Origin: Lama glama
Taxonomy: Eukaryota
Length of the DNA: 64,000 nt
Direction of reading: 5' to 3'
Assembly: GCA_028534125.1 (NCBI GenBank)
Contig: CM052832.1
Span: 20,338,001-20,402,000 of the forward strand
In this document: positions 26,429 through 37,639 of the stretch, piece after piece
How positions within the stretch are numbered: position 1 is the first letter of the stretch
How the letters are laid out: every line of letters starts with the position of its first letter
Notes under the pieces: generated by a model
What the model was told of the DNA's origin: nothing
What the model saw: only the letters and a program-made list of their open reading frames with translations
Database searches by the model: none
Position numbers and translations under genes: made by a program

Positions 26429-28072
26429 CTTTATTATCCTTAGCAGTGCTACTGAAAGAGTGCATCGTGTTCTTTTAGTTTGGTTTTACTAAAGTACCAA
26501 CATCCTTGGTGTTTCATATTATCTGAAAAAAAAGTGAAAAATGAACAAGTCATGGATTTTCAGTGCTCTAATGACTTATACTAATGTATTCCTTCATCTA
26601 AATACAGATTTCTATTTAAAATTCAGTATGCAGGGGTATTATGAATTCCAGTTTAATGGATTCCAAATAATTGCCCTTTAGAAATGATGAATAGCTGTTT
26701 AAAGCCACTGATAAGAATATACTATTCCTCTCCAACAATAGGCCTTCCACATTAACCGTGTCATATATGCCTGAAATTAGTTTATTAATTTTTTATTGAT
26801 ATGCAAAATCCAAACTGATGACAGATGGAAAATAACCCTTTGCTAAGAGCCCCCAACTTTCCCCCTAAAATATCTGTTGTTATTCTTGTGGGTGGTACAG
26901 GGGAGAAAAGCAAAACTGTTTCCAAAGGAGGGAAATGCAGGTGACACCACTGCTCCCCTTCTTTGCTTTTGTTTAGGTTGTGCCGTAAAAAAGATGTGCT
27001 TCTAAGGTGGACATAATGGCCAGCGATTTCCAAACCCAATAAAGACAACGCTTGCTGAAGTTCTCTGTTGTGACACACAATGCCCTCAGAAAATTCTGCT
27101 AGGACTTGTTCTTAAAAGGCAGCAAAAGCCAAGAGAGGCAGAACTATTAAAATTTAAAATGCGTTATTCATTTATCTTATTTAGTATTAGACTAGGGTTT
27201 TAGTTTTTATTTTCTCCGTGATCAGCATAGATAGCTTTCTATACAAGTCAAAAAAGAATAAATAATACTCCAAAAGCCGTGGCCAGAATAGATGCAGTAA
27301 ACACTACCCTATATGGAAGTAAAGAGTATGTGTTCATTACTGAAGTGTCGATGTTTTCTGTATTTATACACAACCATATTACATTACGCAATCTATATCA
27401 CTACATATGCTGACATGTTCAATTAAGAAAAAATATTCATTCATACGAAAAAAGGAAAATCTGAGCTCTTTCTAAACCAAGTTGTCATAAATGATGTTTG
27501 GGAAAAATTAAATCAACTGTTATTCAATCCATTGACTTCTCAGCCACTTCTGATTTTATGCTTCCTCTGCTTCTAGAAAATTCTCTGGGAAAAGCTGTGT
27601 TCCTCACAAAGAGAAAAAACAAATAAAATATCTTCTATGAGAACAGAAACCTACTTCAGAATTGATGATTCTTTGTTCCCTGCTATTTGATTGATAAAGT
27701 CATTGTTCTTAGTGCAGTATTTATATTTTTAGACCAATCCATGAATGGTATACATACAACATACAGGACAGTGTTCTCTCCCTCCCTCTCTCTCTCTGTG
27801 TGTGTATAAACACACGTAAATACAAGCAGTCTGCAATGAAATGGAGATTTCCTGCTTTTTTGCACCCAGCACACTATCTAGGAAAATATGGATTACCAAG
27901 GAAAAAACCTTCAGGTTTCCCATTCCACCCCTGCCATCAATATTCATAAAATTGACTCATCTGTTCCCCTAAGAAATGCTAGTCAGGCTACAAATGAAAA
28001 GGAAAATGGAAGCCAAAGCATGTTTCATTTTTTGTAAGTGACTAAATAACACTCTTTCTTCCTTTCCCTAGA

Positions 28073-28125
28073 TCTTACCTAAGAGGAGTAAAAGGTGAGA
28101 TGATAGAATAAAAATAAAAAATATT
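28073..28125 (-). promoter_or_regulatory. Splice-signal composite: branch point, polypyrimidine tract, AG|GTAAGA
   Basis: Minus strand reads TTTTTTATTTTTATTCTATCATCTCACCTTTTACTCCTCTTAG|GTAAGA. Confidence 0.35.
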
Positions 28126-28419
28126 TCCCTATATCAGAGCCACTAAAAATGAAGTAGGAAGGGTGAAATCTGTTTCTGTCTTTTCAGCACACTTGCGGGT
28201 GCAGTCCTGGGCAACTGTGACTGGAGGTTTTTCTTTCTGTCTAGCAGAAGGGTGACTGCCCCTTTTCTCCACGCCTTTTCTGTCCTCCTCTGGGGTCTGC
28301 TGCCTCTCTGCACACCACGGGGACCCAGAGAAGAATGGCTCCTCTGTTTGTCAGCCTGCCTGCCTATTGCATCCACTGCCCCATTCAGCCAGCCTTTCAA
28401 CTGCTGCTGTACAACTTAG

Positions 28420-28494
28420 CTTTTATGCTCTACTGACAGGGGCTTTCTGAAGCCAGACGGTTTCTGAAAAGAGGGCCTATTTGCATAAACAATG
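28420..28494 (-). promoter_or_regulatory. Candidate promoter/enhancer with Sox/Fox + octamer and TATA-like box
   Basis: Minus strand CATTGTTTATGCAAAT (28479-28494) and CATAAAAG (28420-28427) in non-repeat sequence. Confidence 0.3.
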
Positions 28495-30176
28495 CCATGT
28501 GAGGAGGTCTGCTGGAAACAGAATCAAAATTCACTCAAGCAAATCTTCCCGATAAACTCTTTTTTTTTTTTTTTTGGCCACTAACACCTCCTATCGTTAC
28601 CATCTGTATGCTAAAACGTGGCTGAGAATTTGATCAATTCCCTTCCTCCGTTTCCTGTGTCCAGTTTTATTAAACAAGCCAAAAATATATCTTATTTTCT
28701 GAGAGAGTCTGAGCGGAATCCATAAATAGACTATGGTATGTGAAATGAGAAATGCATTGTGTGTTAAATGAGGGCAGCAGGCCAGCTACGCATCAGCTAG
28801 CCAGACCCTTCCATTAGATTTGTCATGGGAGCCTCATCAAAATGCACATCCAAGCTAGGAGCTGCCCGTCCACGGGCTCCGTGATTGCAGGTCACCAAAG
28901 GCAGAGCTGCCCCAGCGCTGGGGATCACAGAGGATAACATGTGCTCTGCTCACTTCAGCTCCCTCCTTAGCATCCTACCCACAGAAAATAGACCACATTA
29001 TGGTATCAAGCTTAAACCAGGCTAGAGCAAGCAGTTCAAATAAGGCTGCATAAACCAAATGAAGAGGACCATTATTAAATCAGTCACATCAGTAGGAAAC
29101 CACGCCTGGTTTTTTAAACATTTTCTCAAAGCAAATTCAGTTTTTAAAGAGGTACTTAAGGGCAGTACTAAGAATTTTTCACTTGATAAAAATTCTGAGG
29201 TTATAAATGTGCACTCAGGCAAACAGAACTACTATGCTTTCTTATCTGAAACAAAGAATGTCATTTGGCTTAAATCTTCCTTGGGCTTTTTTGAAACATG
29301 AATATTATGACTTGGTTCATAAAGCAGAAAAGTAGACATTCTTCCAACATCTTTCCTCCTGTTTTTCTTTGTCTCGTATCAAACATAACCCAGTCTTTTA
29401 CTGGTTTCCTGGATCGCCCAAACTAGATTGCATGGTTTCTTCCCTTAAAAATGTCATGATTATGGCCTATAAATATTATTTTCCATAAAAAGGTATAGGC
29501 TTCTTGGAGAAACTGCTGATTCCAGATCTGGGGCAAAAAATACAAAATAAGCATGGATACCATTTTATACAAGAAAAGAAGATGCTTCTTTATCAAAAGA
29601 CTTAGCAGCCAATCTGGATAAATTCTCACTAGCAAAAAATGGAATAATTTAACCATCAGTAAAGATAAAAACTGCCTTAGCTAGAAAATAAAATATGCTT
29701 AAGTTTGTGTGTTTATAAGGGTGCTTAAAAAAGACCTAATTGTTCACTTTAGATGCTAAGAAAACATTTCATCATTATGTGAACCAGTAAATAAAGAGAA
29801 AGATGCAAGCAGTTATCCTGGTTTTTCTTTGTAGGGGGTACCACAGGAGAAACAGATCATTGATGAGAGGAAGTCTCTTTTTATAGAAATAATAAATTGA
29901 GAATACCCCCATGTCGTAAGCCCTTATGAAAGAAGAGATCCAGTACTAGTCATTAATTGTTGATAGCATCACCTCCTACACAATTTCACCTTTGCGGTTG
30001 TCTCATCAAAATAGACAAACCAATAAAAAGCAAAATGAACTTGAATCTTATCAGGTCTTTAGATGTAAGAAATGCAAGGGACAGAGAATACGGCAGATGA
30101 AACCACAGGGATAAAATTAGGAAAATCCAGAATGTGGAAAACTCCACAGGACAAATGATCTGAATTCTTCAACCAG

Positions 30177-30244
30177 AAAATGTTGCCTGGTAACCATGGG
30201 GGGAAACCACTGTCCCCACCCCCATGGTTACCAGGCAACATTTT
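30177..30244. repeat. Perfect inverted repeat: 26-bp arms, 16-nt loop
   Basis: AAAATGTTGCCTGGTAACCATGGGGG (30177-30202) is the exact reverse complement of 30219-30244. Confidence 0.97.
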
Positions 30245-30477
30245 AAATTGAGAGTTCAGGATTTGCAGATACTAACTACTATATATAAAACAGATAAACA
30301 ACAAGGTTCTACTGTGTAGCACAGAGAACTACATTCAATACCTCATAATAGCCTATCAAAAAGAATTTGAAAAGGAAATATATATATATATGTATGTATG
30401 TATAATTGAATCACTAAGCTGCACACCAGAAACTAACACAACACTGTAAATCGACTATATTTCAACTTTTAAAAAAA
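30245..30477 (+). mobile_element. 5'-truncated cetartiodactyl/camelid L1 3' UTR
   Basis: GATTTGCAGATACTAACTACTATATATAAAA..TAGCACAGAGAACTA..ACACCAGAAACTAACACAAC; A tail; TSD AAAATGTTGCCT (30177-30188) / AAAAAGTTGCCT (30473-30484). Confidence 0.9.
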
Positions 30478-31587
30478 GTTGCCTTTTGGCTCTTTTAAGA
30501 GAACTAAGAAACATGTATCTTGACATCAGGGCTTTATTTGAATCCCAACTCAAATGTATCTGTTAACTAATTAATAAATTAAACAACTAAACTGAAATAA
30601 AAACTGTATTTTAAGGTAGTTGATGAAATGTGAACTTGATTAGATAGTTGATGACATTAAGACATTATTAAGTTCTAAGTGTGATTAAGGCATTGTAGCT
30701 ATGTCCTTAAGTATTAGGGAAATTTACTGATATATTTACAGATGAAATAATACTCCATCTGGGATTAGTTTTAAAATAATTCAAAGAGGGAAAGGCTCCT
30801 GTTCCATGGAGTAGAGATGAAATAAGATTGGCTATGAATTGATAATTTATCGAAGTTCAGTGATAGGTAAACCAAGTTCATTGTATTATTTTCTCTACTT
30901 TTGTATATGTTTAAAATTATACATGATGAAAACATAGAAAAATATTAAGGCTCACTTAAGGAGTGATACTACAAATACAGGGACTATTTTCCTCACCCAA
31001 ATTTCCACAAATCTTAAATTCTATGACTAAGCTGAGGGAAAGGGTTAGAGATGGGGAGAAGCAGATGTCGACACAAATATTTTCCGAACTGAAAAACAAG
31101 AATTTGTTAACACATACAAGAGACTGATAAATATGTCTAAAGGCTGTGAAAAACACCATTTAGGGCTCTGGAAATAATACAAAAAATTATCAGCTTTCCT
31201 AAGCAAAATGTTTGCTGATAATATATTAATTATTAATATATCACTAACTTAAAGCACTCAATTTAAACTGCTCTAACTGTGGAAAAAACCTAACCATATT
31301 AAAATGCATAAACCCATGTATTATAAGAGGTCAGGAACTGTTTTTTATTCATATATACCCTCTTTAGAATCTTCTGTACGCTAAGACTTGAATAGCATTT
31401 TTATATTCTATGGGCATACAGAGTTCTTTAAGCGTCCAAAACATTACTTGCATATACAGTTGTATTTTTCTTTATTAAACATTTTTAAACTTCTTTTATT
31501 AAACTTAATAAATCGAAATGTCTTTAAATAATAAATTAACTCTATTTTTAAAGAATAAGTCTTCCTCTATAAGAATTAAAATAACAT

Positions 31588-31670
31588 AATAATGATGAGT
31601 AATATTGGTTGAATGCTTTATAAGCCAACTTATCTCATTTAATCATCCCAATAGCATGATGAATTAGGTA
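31588..31670 (-). mobile_element. MIR fragment truncated by LTR insertion
   Basis: TTATCTCATTTAATCATCCCAATAGC..TAGGTA reverse MIR pattern. Confidence 0.55.
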
Positions 31671-32191
31671 TGTGGGGAGATAACTCTCAGTGGGTCACTC
31701 TGAGAATTATCTGCATAGCTTACAAGTAGAGTCACTGATTGCTTTTTCTTATGGTTTATCTTTTCAGGGATGTTTGTACAGAGAACAGCCTAGGAAGACA
31801 GAAATTACGTCTTCCTTTTGGAGCAGGGGACAAGTTGGTTTGCTGTCTACTCTAATAAAGACAATGTCTTTTCTGGAACAAAGGTTACACAGCTTTGGGT
31901 ACAGCTCCTTTTAATAGATTGAGGTTTTCTCAAGCTCAGGGTCACTTAGCTGAGACCCAAGCCCAGTGTAGACACAGCATGCACCATGGCCCCTCTGAGT
32001 GACTCCTGTGAGCCTTCAAGGGCATGAGGAACCAGGGGGTACATTAAGTTCATGTTGTGCCACCAGTAATAAAGTTCTTTGTCTCTGACCCAGGAGTCTC
32101 ATGTCTGCTGGCAATTTTCATAGAACTGTAGCAGGTTAACTCCAAGCTAGAGGAGGAAGGGTCAAGGGGTCCCCAAAACTCATGTTGGACT
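31671..32191 (+). mobile_element. LTR40-like ERVL 5' LTR
   Basis: TG start; TATCTTTTCAGGGATGTTTGTA..GAACAGCCT and GTAATAAAGTTCTTTGTCTCTGACCCAGGAGTCTC match recalled LTR40 consensus; AATAAA at 32068. Confidence 0.75.
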
Positions 32192-32901
32192 TTGGGTGGA
32201 CAGAAAGCTTTGTTAAGTTCATTTGGTTGAGCCACAAGCAGTCACTGTGACTTGCTAACTGTCACAGACCTACTGTCTCCCTCAGTATCTCCTGATTACC
32301 TTCTGCCCCACTCCTTGACCTTAGTTCTTTAAGGGTAAAAAAATGATTAGGGTTTGGGCTAAGGTTTCCTTGTCCTCAAGGGGGAGTAAAGAGATATGAA
32401 TCGGTCTGAGTTAGCTGGCAAACCCTGCAAAGAGGAAGGACTCAAGGTTTTAGGAAACCATAGGATACAGGCACCAAAATCAAAATCACCATCTGGCCTG
32501 GTCCCTGAAGGATCTAAATTCAACTGAGGTGGTCTGGGAAGGGTCCACAGTGACACTGAGAGGCTAATGTAAGTCTTATGCCAATTCAATGTATTTTTGG
32601 TTGTTTTCACATCTGAATGTTATATCTAATGAGTTATATGCTTGTATATCCTTGGCCCATAAAGAGATTCTTCTGATTGGAAACAGCAGCATATAGAGAA
32701 GTCCTAGTAGTATAAACTTCCCTGCCATTTGCCACCAGTGGCTGGTTCAAGATTTAGCACAAGTGCCTCTGATTTCCAAAGCTTTTGTTAACATAGACAA
32801 TGAATGTCCTGCTAGGAGGCAAGTCAGAAGCCTCAGTCTCAATGGCCTGGACTACAGTGTTATCATACCTCTGCCAACAGGGGTAGCTGACAAACCTTGA
32901 T

Positions 32902-33060
32902 CAACTTCAGGGGACCACTCAACACATGAAATTTACTGGGGCCACTTGATTGGATTCACGATGTTCAGTCCTTCCAGCTATCGAACACTCTCTCTTCAGC
33001 CCCCAACACCGAGCCACCCAGGATCTTACTGGAATCTTTGCACAGTGTGTTCCTCACCTG
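32902..33060 (+). pseudogene. ERVL-type pol (RT C-terminal) remnant
   Basis: Frameshifted translation QLQGTTQHMKFTGAT*LDSRCSVLPAIEH / LSLQPPT / QDLTGIFAQCVPHL resembles ERVL KIQGPSTSVKFLGVQW..LAPPTT..QRLVGLFGFWRQHIPHL. Confidence 0.65.
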
Positions 33061-33394
33061 TACTTTCTACTTGGTCATTTATATTAGTGACCCCCCAAAT
33101 CAGCATCCTTTGAATGGGAACCAAACCAACAGCCTGCACTGATATACCCTCTACCTTTGAGGCTCCATAACCCTAATGTCCTCTTGGAGATTCTCATCTC
33201 TGAAACTAATGAATCTTCCTAAAGGAACGATGAATGAATCTTCCTATCAGGAAAAGGAAGGCAGCTTCCATCTGGAAGTGCCCCTTGAGGTTTTGGACTT
33301 GTCACTTTCCTGACATGGATACCAGGTATATTGCTTTTAATTATTTTTAATTTTTTCACTTTGACATATTGAAACATTTGTACTAATTTAATAC

Positions 33395-33975
33395 TTTTCT
33401 TCTTCTAGCTTAATTGAGATATATTTGACATACAGCACTTTATAAGGCATACAGCATTAATGACTTGATTCACATACATCATGAAGTGAGTACCACAGTA
33501 AGTTTAGTGAACATCCATCACCTCACATAGACACAACAGTAAAGAAATAGAAAAAAATTTTTTTTCCTCGTGATGAGAACTCTTTGGATTTGCTCTCTTA
33601 ACAACTTCCATATGTAATATATAACAGTGTTAATTATATTTTTCATGTTATGCATTACCATCCCTAGTACTTATTTATCTTATGCAATGGAAATTCTTAC
33701 ATTTGGACTATTTTCACTACAGTCCCCTGACCCTCACCCTGCCTCTGGTAACCACACATCTGATCCTTTATTCTATGAGTTTGTTTTTAAAGTATAATTA
33801 ATCTATAATACTGTGCTAGTTATGGGTACATAATATAGGGATTCAATATTTCTATACATTTTGAAATGATCACCATGAGAAGTCTAGTTGTCACCTGTCA
33901 CATAAAATGGTATCACATCATTATTGACTATATTCCCCACACCATGTATTTCATACCTGGGACTCACTTATTTTG
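33395..33975 (-). mobile_element. L1 3' end (L1MA9/laurasiatherian-type) inserted in the ERV
   Basis: TTAATTGAGATATATTTGACATACAGCAC..AAGTTTAGTGAACATCCATCA..GTGATGAGAACTCT..GCCTCTGGTAACCAC. Confidence 0.85.
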
Positions 33976-34497
33976 TTAGTCCCTCACCTGTTTCTCTCTG
34001 ATTTATGGGTTTATCATCCCCTGATGGAAGATGCCAACCATGACTCAACTGCAGTTCCTTTTAACCTTGCTGAGAGTCTGCAGGAAAAAGCAAGGGGTCT
34101 CAGTTCCTGCTCCTCTCATGCAAAACATCTTCAGCTGCCTCCCTGCATCCCACCTCGCCTTTCTCAGGCATTCCATAGCATAAATGAACACCACCCGGGT
34201 AGTGACGCAGATAAACAGATCCAACTGGACTGACTCCTTCAACAAACAAGGACTAGACTCAATTTTTTGTATGGAACTAGGAATTCCAAGGTCTACCAGC
34301 TAGCTGGGAGACTACCTTGGGAGTTATGTTAATCTGTGTACCCTGAATGATGTAGGTCCCACATAGGAAATCCCAACAATTGTAAACAACACTGTTTTTT
34401 CCAGAGTTCCCATGCACAGTCTTGGGATTCTCTGTTTTGTGTAGAAGCCAGACATTAATTTATCTCCCTCCTCAAAACTACAATGTTAGTCATCCAT

Positions 34498-34955
34498 TTA
34501 CAAAAGTGCGTATAAAATCTGTCCTTCCTTGACTTCAGTTACATTGATCAATTATACCACCTTGGCCCTGGAAGGAATGAGCCTCAACTCAGATGAGCCT
34601 CAACTAACTCACCAGGCTTTTATGAGTGATGTAGACATCCTCCCTGAAGGTAAAGGCAGAGTCTGAGCCATCACGAATGCATCCTACTGTACCTGAATTA
34701 TTGCACTGAATCCAAAGGAAAAGTTAACATGGAAACAAACAGAAAGCTACCTGGATTTCTAAGTTAGATCCTGATTGTTTGTGGGATTTGTTCAGCTGGT
34801 TGGGTCCAGGACCAGGATTAGGGGACAAGGTAAAAGTCGATACTGAATTGGCTTTAATCTTGCTTCTTGGAGTCCTGTCAATGATAGCCTTAATTCAACG
34901 CTGTACAGACAAATTGAACAGATGTGGCCAGACTCTGTCGATCAGACTAATGAAG
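34498..34955 (+). pseudogene. Retroviral env TM subunit remnant (gamma-type)
   Basis: Frameshifted translation LQKCV*NLS / INYTTLALEGMSLNS / VDILPEGKGRV*AITNASYCT*I (decayed ISD + CX6CC) / KATWISKLDPDCLWDLFSWLG..LALILLLGVLSMIALIQRC (membrane anchor; ORF 34779-35030). Confidence 0.75.
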
Positions 34956-36089
34956 TGTTGTACTCATGAGAAAATTTGCCAGAAGGCAAAACAGTATAGA
35001 AATGAGAGGTGGAAGACAGAGCAATACTGAAAAGTACCTGCTGAAATGTAGATTTATATTCAGGGATCACCCTGCTTACAAAGAGTTTGTGGGTTAAAAC
35101 ATTTATTGGTAAGTTGATGATGTGAACAATGTAATGCTTTTGTTCACAGAAGCTGTGATGAATAAATGTTAGACTCCCAGACTAGCACACAAATGCTTAT
35201 TTAACTCTGGCCATGATTTAAATAGGGGATTTCATATTTGATTTAAATAGTTTTCTGACTTCTTTTGTTGGATGCATAAAAACATATAAACACACAAGTT
35301 GTTTTCAGTTACATTGTATGTTAAATAAATTATGAAAGAGGACTGTTGAGATATGACCACAATACATTGCATTTCTTTCTGTGAAATTTTGTCTCTTTCT
35401 TGCACCAGGGCAGGTACTCTTCAGCTTTATCACAACTGCAGAACTCAACACAAGATGAGATGGTTCACGTGGGTTTAAGAAACACGCCTGACCCTCCCCT
35501 CCTGCCCAGTGATCCTTGAGCATCGCAGGAAGTAGCAAAGAGAAAAAGAAAACTCAACTCAAACACTCCTCTCCTTAGAGTTTTGAAAGTCTCTCTCTCT
35601 ACTATGTTCCAACCACACTGACATACACAAGTACTTAGCAGTTACTACTGGTGGGGAGAACTCTGTAGTTTAGAATTAGCAGAAGGATTCCAGAGTGGGA
35701 GCTCAATAGAAAGGTCAATTAAAGGAAAAACAGAGAGGACTATTTTTTTGGAAACATAATTGCTTTAACTAAAGATTATTTTTAAAGTTCTATTTAAACA
35801 AACTCAAGTTCTTTTTCTCCTTCATGATAGATAATGCCATATTCGAAGTAGGCTTCAAGGCTGAGAGTTATTAGTATTTTTACTGGAACAAAATCTTTAA
35901 TATGACACTGAGAGAAATTAGTAATAAAGGAAGGTACGATGTTAACTTTAGTGGTATTGAAAAAAGATCAGAATAATGAGTATATATATCCTCAGAGAGG
36001 AAATAACAAGCCCAGATTGAGATTTTAATTACCTCAACATGTCAGCCTATTGCCCTTCAAAAAATAATCTTCCTGAAGTGCTCACATGT

Positions 36090-36495
36090 TAGTTCTTAAC
36101 TCTATTTGGGGTGAGGGGGCGAGAGGGTTTTGCATAGACTCTCTTTCTAGAAAAATTCACATAATAAGAAATGTTGATCATGTTCCAGGCACTGTAGTAT
36201 ATGCTAGATACTCACTGAATCATTTAAGCATCACAATAGTTCTATCAGATTGGTAACACTATTATACCAATTTTTCAAATGAAGACATGGTGACACATAC
36301 AGGTAACTCATCAAAGGTCACATGCTAATAAGCAGCAGAGCTGGGATTTAAACCCACGTAGCGTGGCTCTAGAATCTCCTTGGCTGGACAGCCCACTCTA
36401 GTGCCCTACACTTGGACATACACAGGTAAGTAAAAAATTACCCATACAATTTCAAAAGGCTTCCCTCAACTCTTAAAGTCAAGATCAAAAATCTT
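36090..36495. mobile_element. MER103C-like hAT element split by a MIR
   Basis: TTCTTAAC..TTTGGGGT..CTCTCTTTCTAGAAAAATTCACATA left part and CATACAATTTCAAAAGGCTTC right part. Confidence 0.5.
36165..36400 (-). mobile_element. MIR SINE
   Basis: CCAGGCACTGT..CTATTATACCAATTTTTCAAATGAAGA..AAGGTCACATGCTAATAAG..GAGCTGGGATTTAAACCC. Confidence 0.8.
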
Positions 36496-36526
36496 TATTT
36501 GAGAGGTTGCTTGGCCACAATTGCCT

Positions 36527-36846
36527 CTTTATTTTATTCTATTTTATTTTCAATTGATGTGTAGTCAGGTACAATGTGTCAATTTCTGGTATACAGCATA
36601 ATGTTCCAGTCATGCATATATATACATATATTCATTTTCATATTCTTTTTCATTAAAGGTTATTATAAGATATTGAATATAGTCCCCTGTGCTACACAGA
36701 AGAAGCTTGTTTTTTACTCTATTTTATACATAGTGGTTATTATCTACCAAACAGAAACAGACTCACAGACACAGTAAACAGTCTTATGGTTACCAGGGGA
36801 AAGGGGGTGGGAAGAGATAAATTTGGGAGTTTTGAGATTGGCAAAT
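36527..36846 (-). mobile_element. Camelid-type L1 3' end with 5' inversion
   Basis: Minus-strand tail at 36527-36739 joined to a plus-orientation upstream L1 segment at 36740-36846 (CAGACTCACAGAC..ATGGTTACCAGGGG). Confidence 0.88.
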
Positions 36847-37040
36847 GGCAACGTTTGCTATTTTAGAATATTTGAAAAATATGATGCCATGATCACCTGT
36901 TCTACCTAAAAGAAAGAACTGGGGAAAAAAAGTTGAACAGAATGCTGTTTCACTATTTGTTTCTAACATAGAAAATTGTCTAGATGAATGGAGTAATTTC
37001 TCTTTAAGAACCAAATCCTTAAGAATTTCTAGGTAACATT

Positions 37041-37172
37041 ATAAATTAAGAGCTTGGGATTAACAGATGCACAGTACTATATATAAAATAGATAAACAAA
37101 GACCTACTATACAGCACAAGGAACTATATTCAATCTCTTGTAATAAGCTATAATGGGAAAGAATCTGAAAAC

Positions 37173-37208
<36 letters not shown>

Positions 37209-37287
37209 GTATAACTGAACTGCTTTGCTGTACATCTGAAACCAACATTGTAAATCAACTATACTTCAATAAAAAAATAGAAGAAAA
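37041..37287 (+). mobile_element. 5'-truncated cetartiodactyl L1 3' UTR with internal (TA)n
   Basis: L1 3' UTR motifs; AATAAA and A tail; TSD AAGAATTTCTAGGTA (37021-37035) / AAGGATTTTGAGGTA (37288-37302), 12/15. Confidence 0.9.
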
Positions 37288-37639
37288 AAGGATTTTGAGG
37301 TATCCTTTATTTCTCCACTATTAAGGAAAACAAATTTTATAGTATGCCTTCATGTCAGAATTTTTGAAAAATCCTCAACCTATAGATCAAACAACCTTTC
37401 TTTCCCTTAATTTCATACATCATTCAGCGGAGCGGTGTCTATTGGGCAGAGCGATGCTAATATGATGGCCATTTTCATCTTCTGATAATGTCAGGTGAGC
37501 TGGTCAAAGCATGCTGGGAATATCTTAGGGATGGCGTGAGTAGCTCGTTACATTAATTTTTTACTATATATTCACTGATACTTTTAAAGTGGAAAAAAAA
37601 AAGATGTATTTCCACAAACAGCTAGACTCATGCTAACTG

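Larger units (their letters stand above)
29790..30935 (+). mobile_element. Ancient L1 (L1MC/L1ME-type) 3' region, interrupted by a younger L1
   Basis: AAAATCCAGAATGTGGAAAACTCCACAGGACAAA and terminal GTTCATTGTATTATTTTCTCTACTTTTGTATATGTTT motifs. Confidence 0.7.
32192..35012 (+). mobile_element. Deleted, degenerate class III ERV internal region (HERVL40-like)
   Basis: Directly follows the LTR40-like LTR; contains pol and env relics; PPT-like GAGAGGTGGA near 35004; no 3' LTR recognised. Confidence 0.65.

Noticed and set aside
31221..31241. AT-only palindrome ATATATTAAT-T-ATTAATATAT
   Set aside because: Low complexity; expected in AT-rich DNA
36423..36431. Perfect donor CAG|GTAAGT
   Set aside because: Lies within transposon sequence with no matching upstream acceptor or promoter
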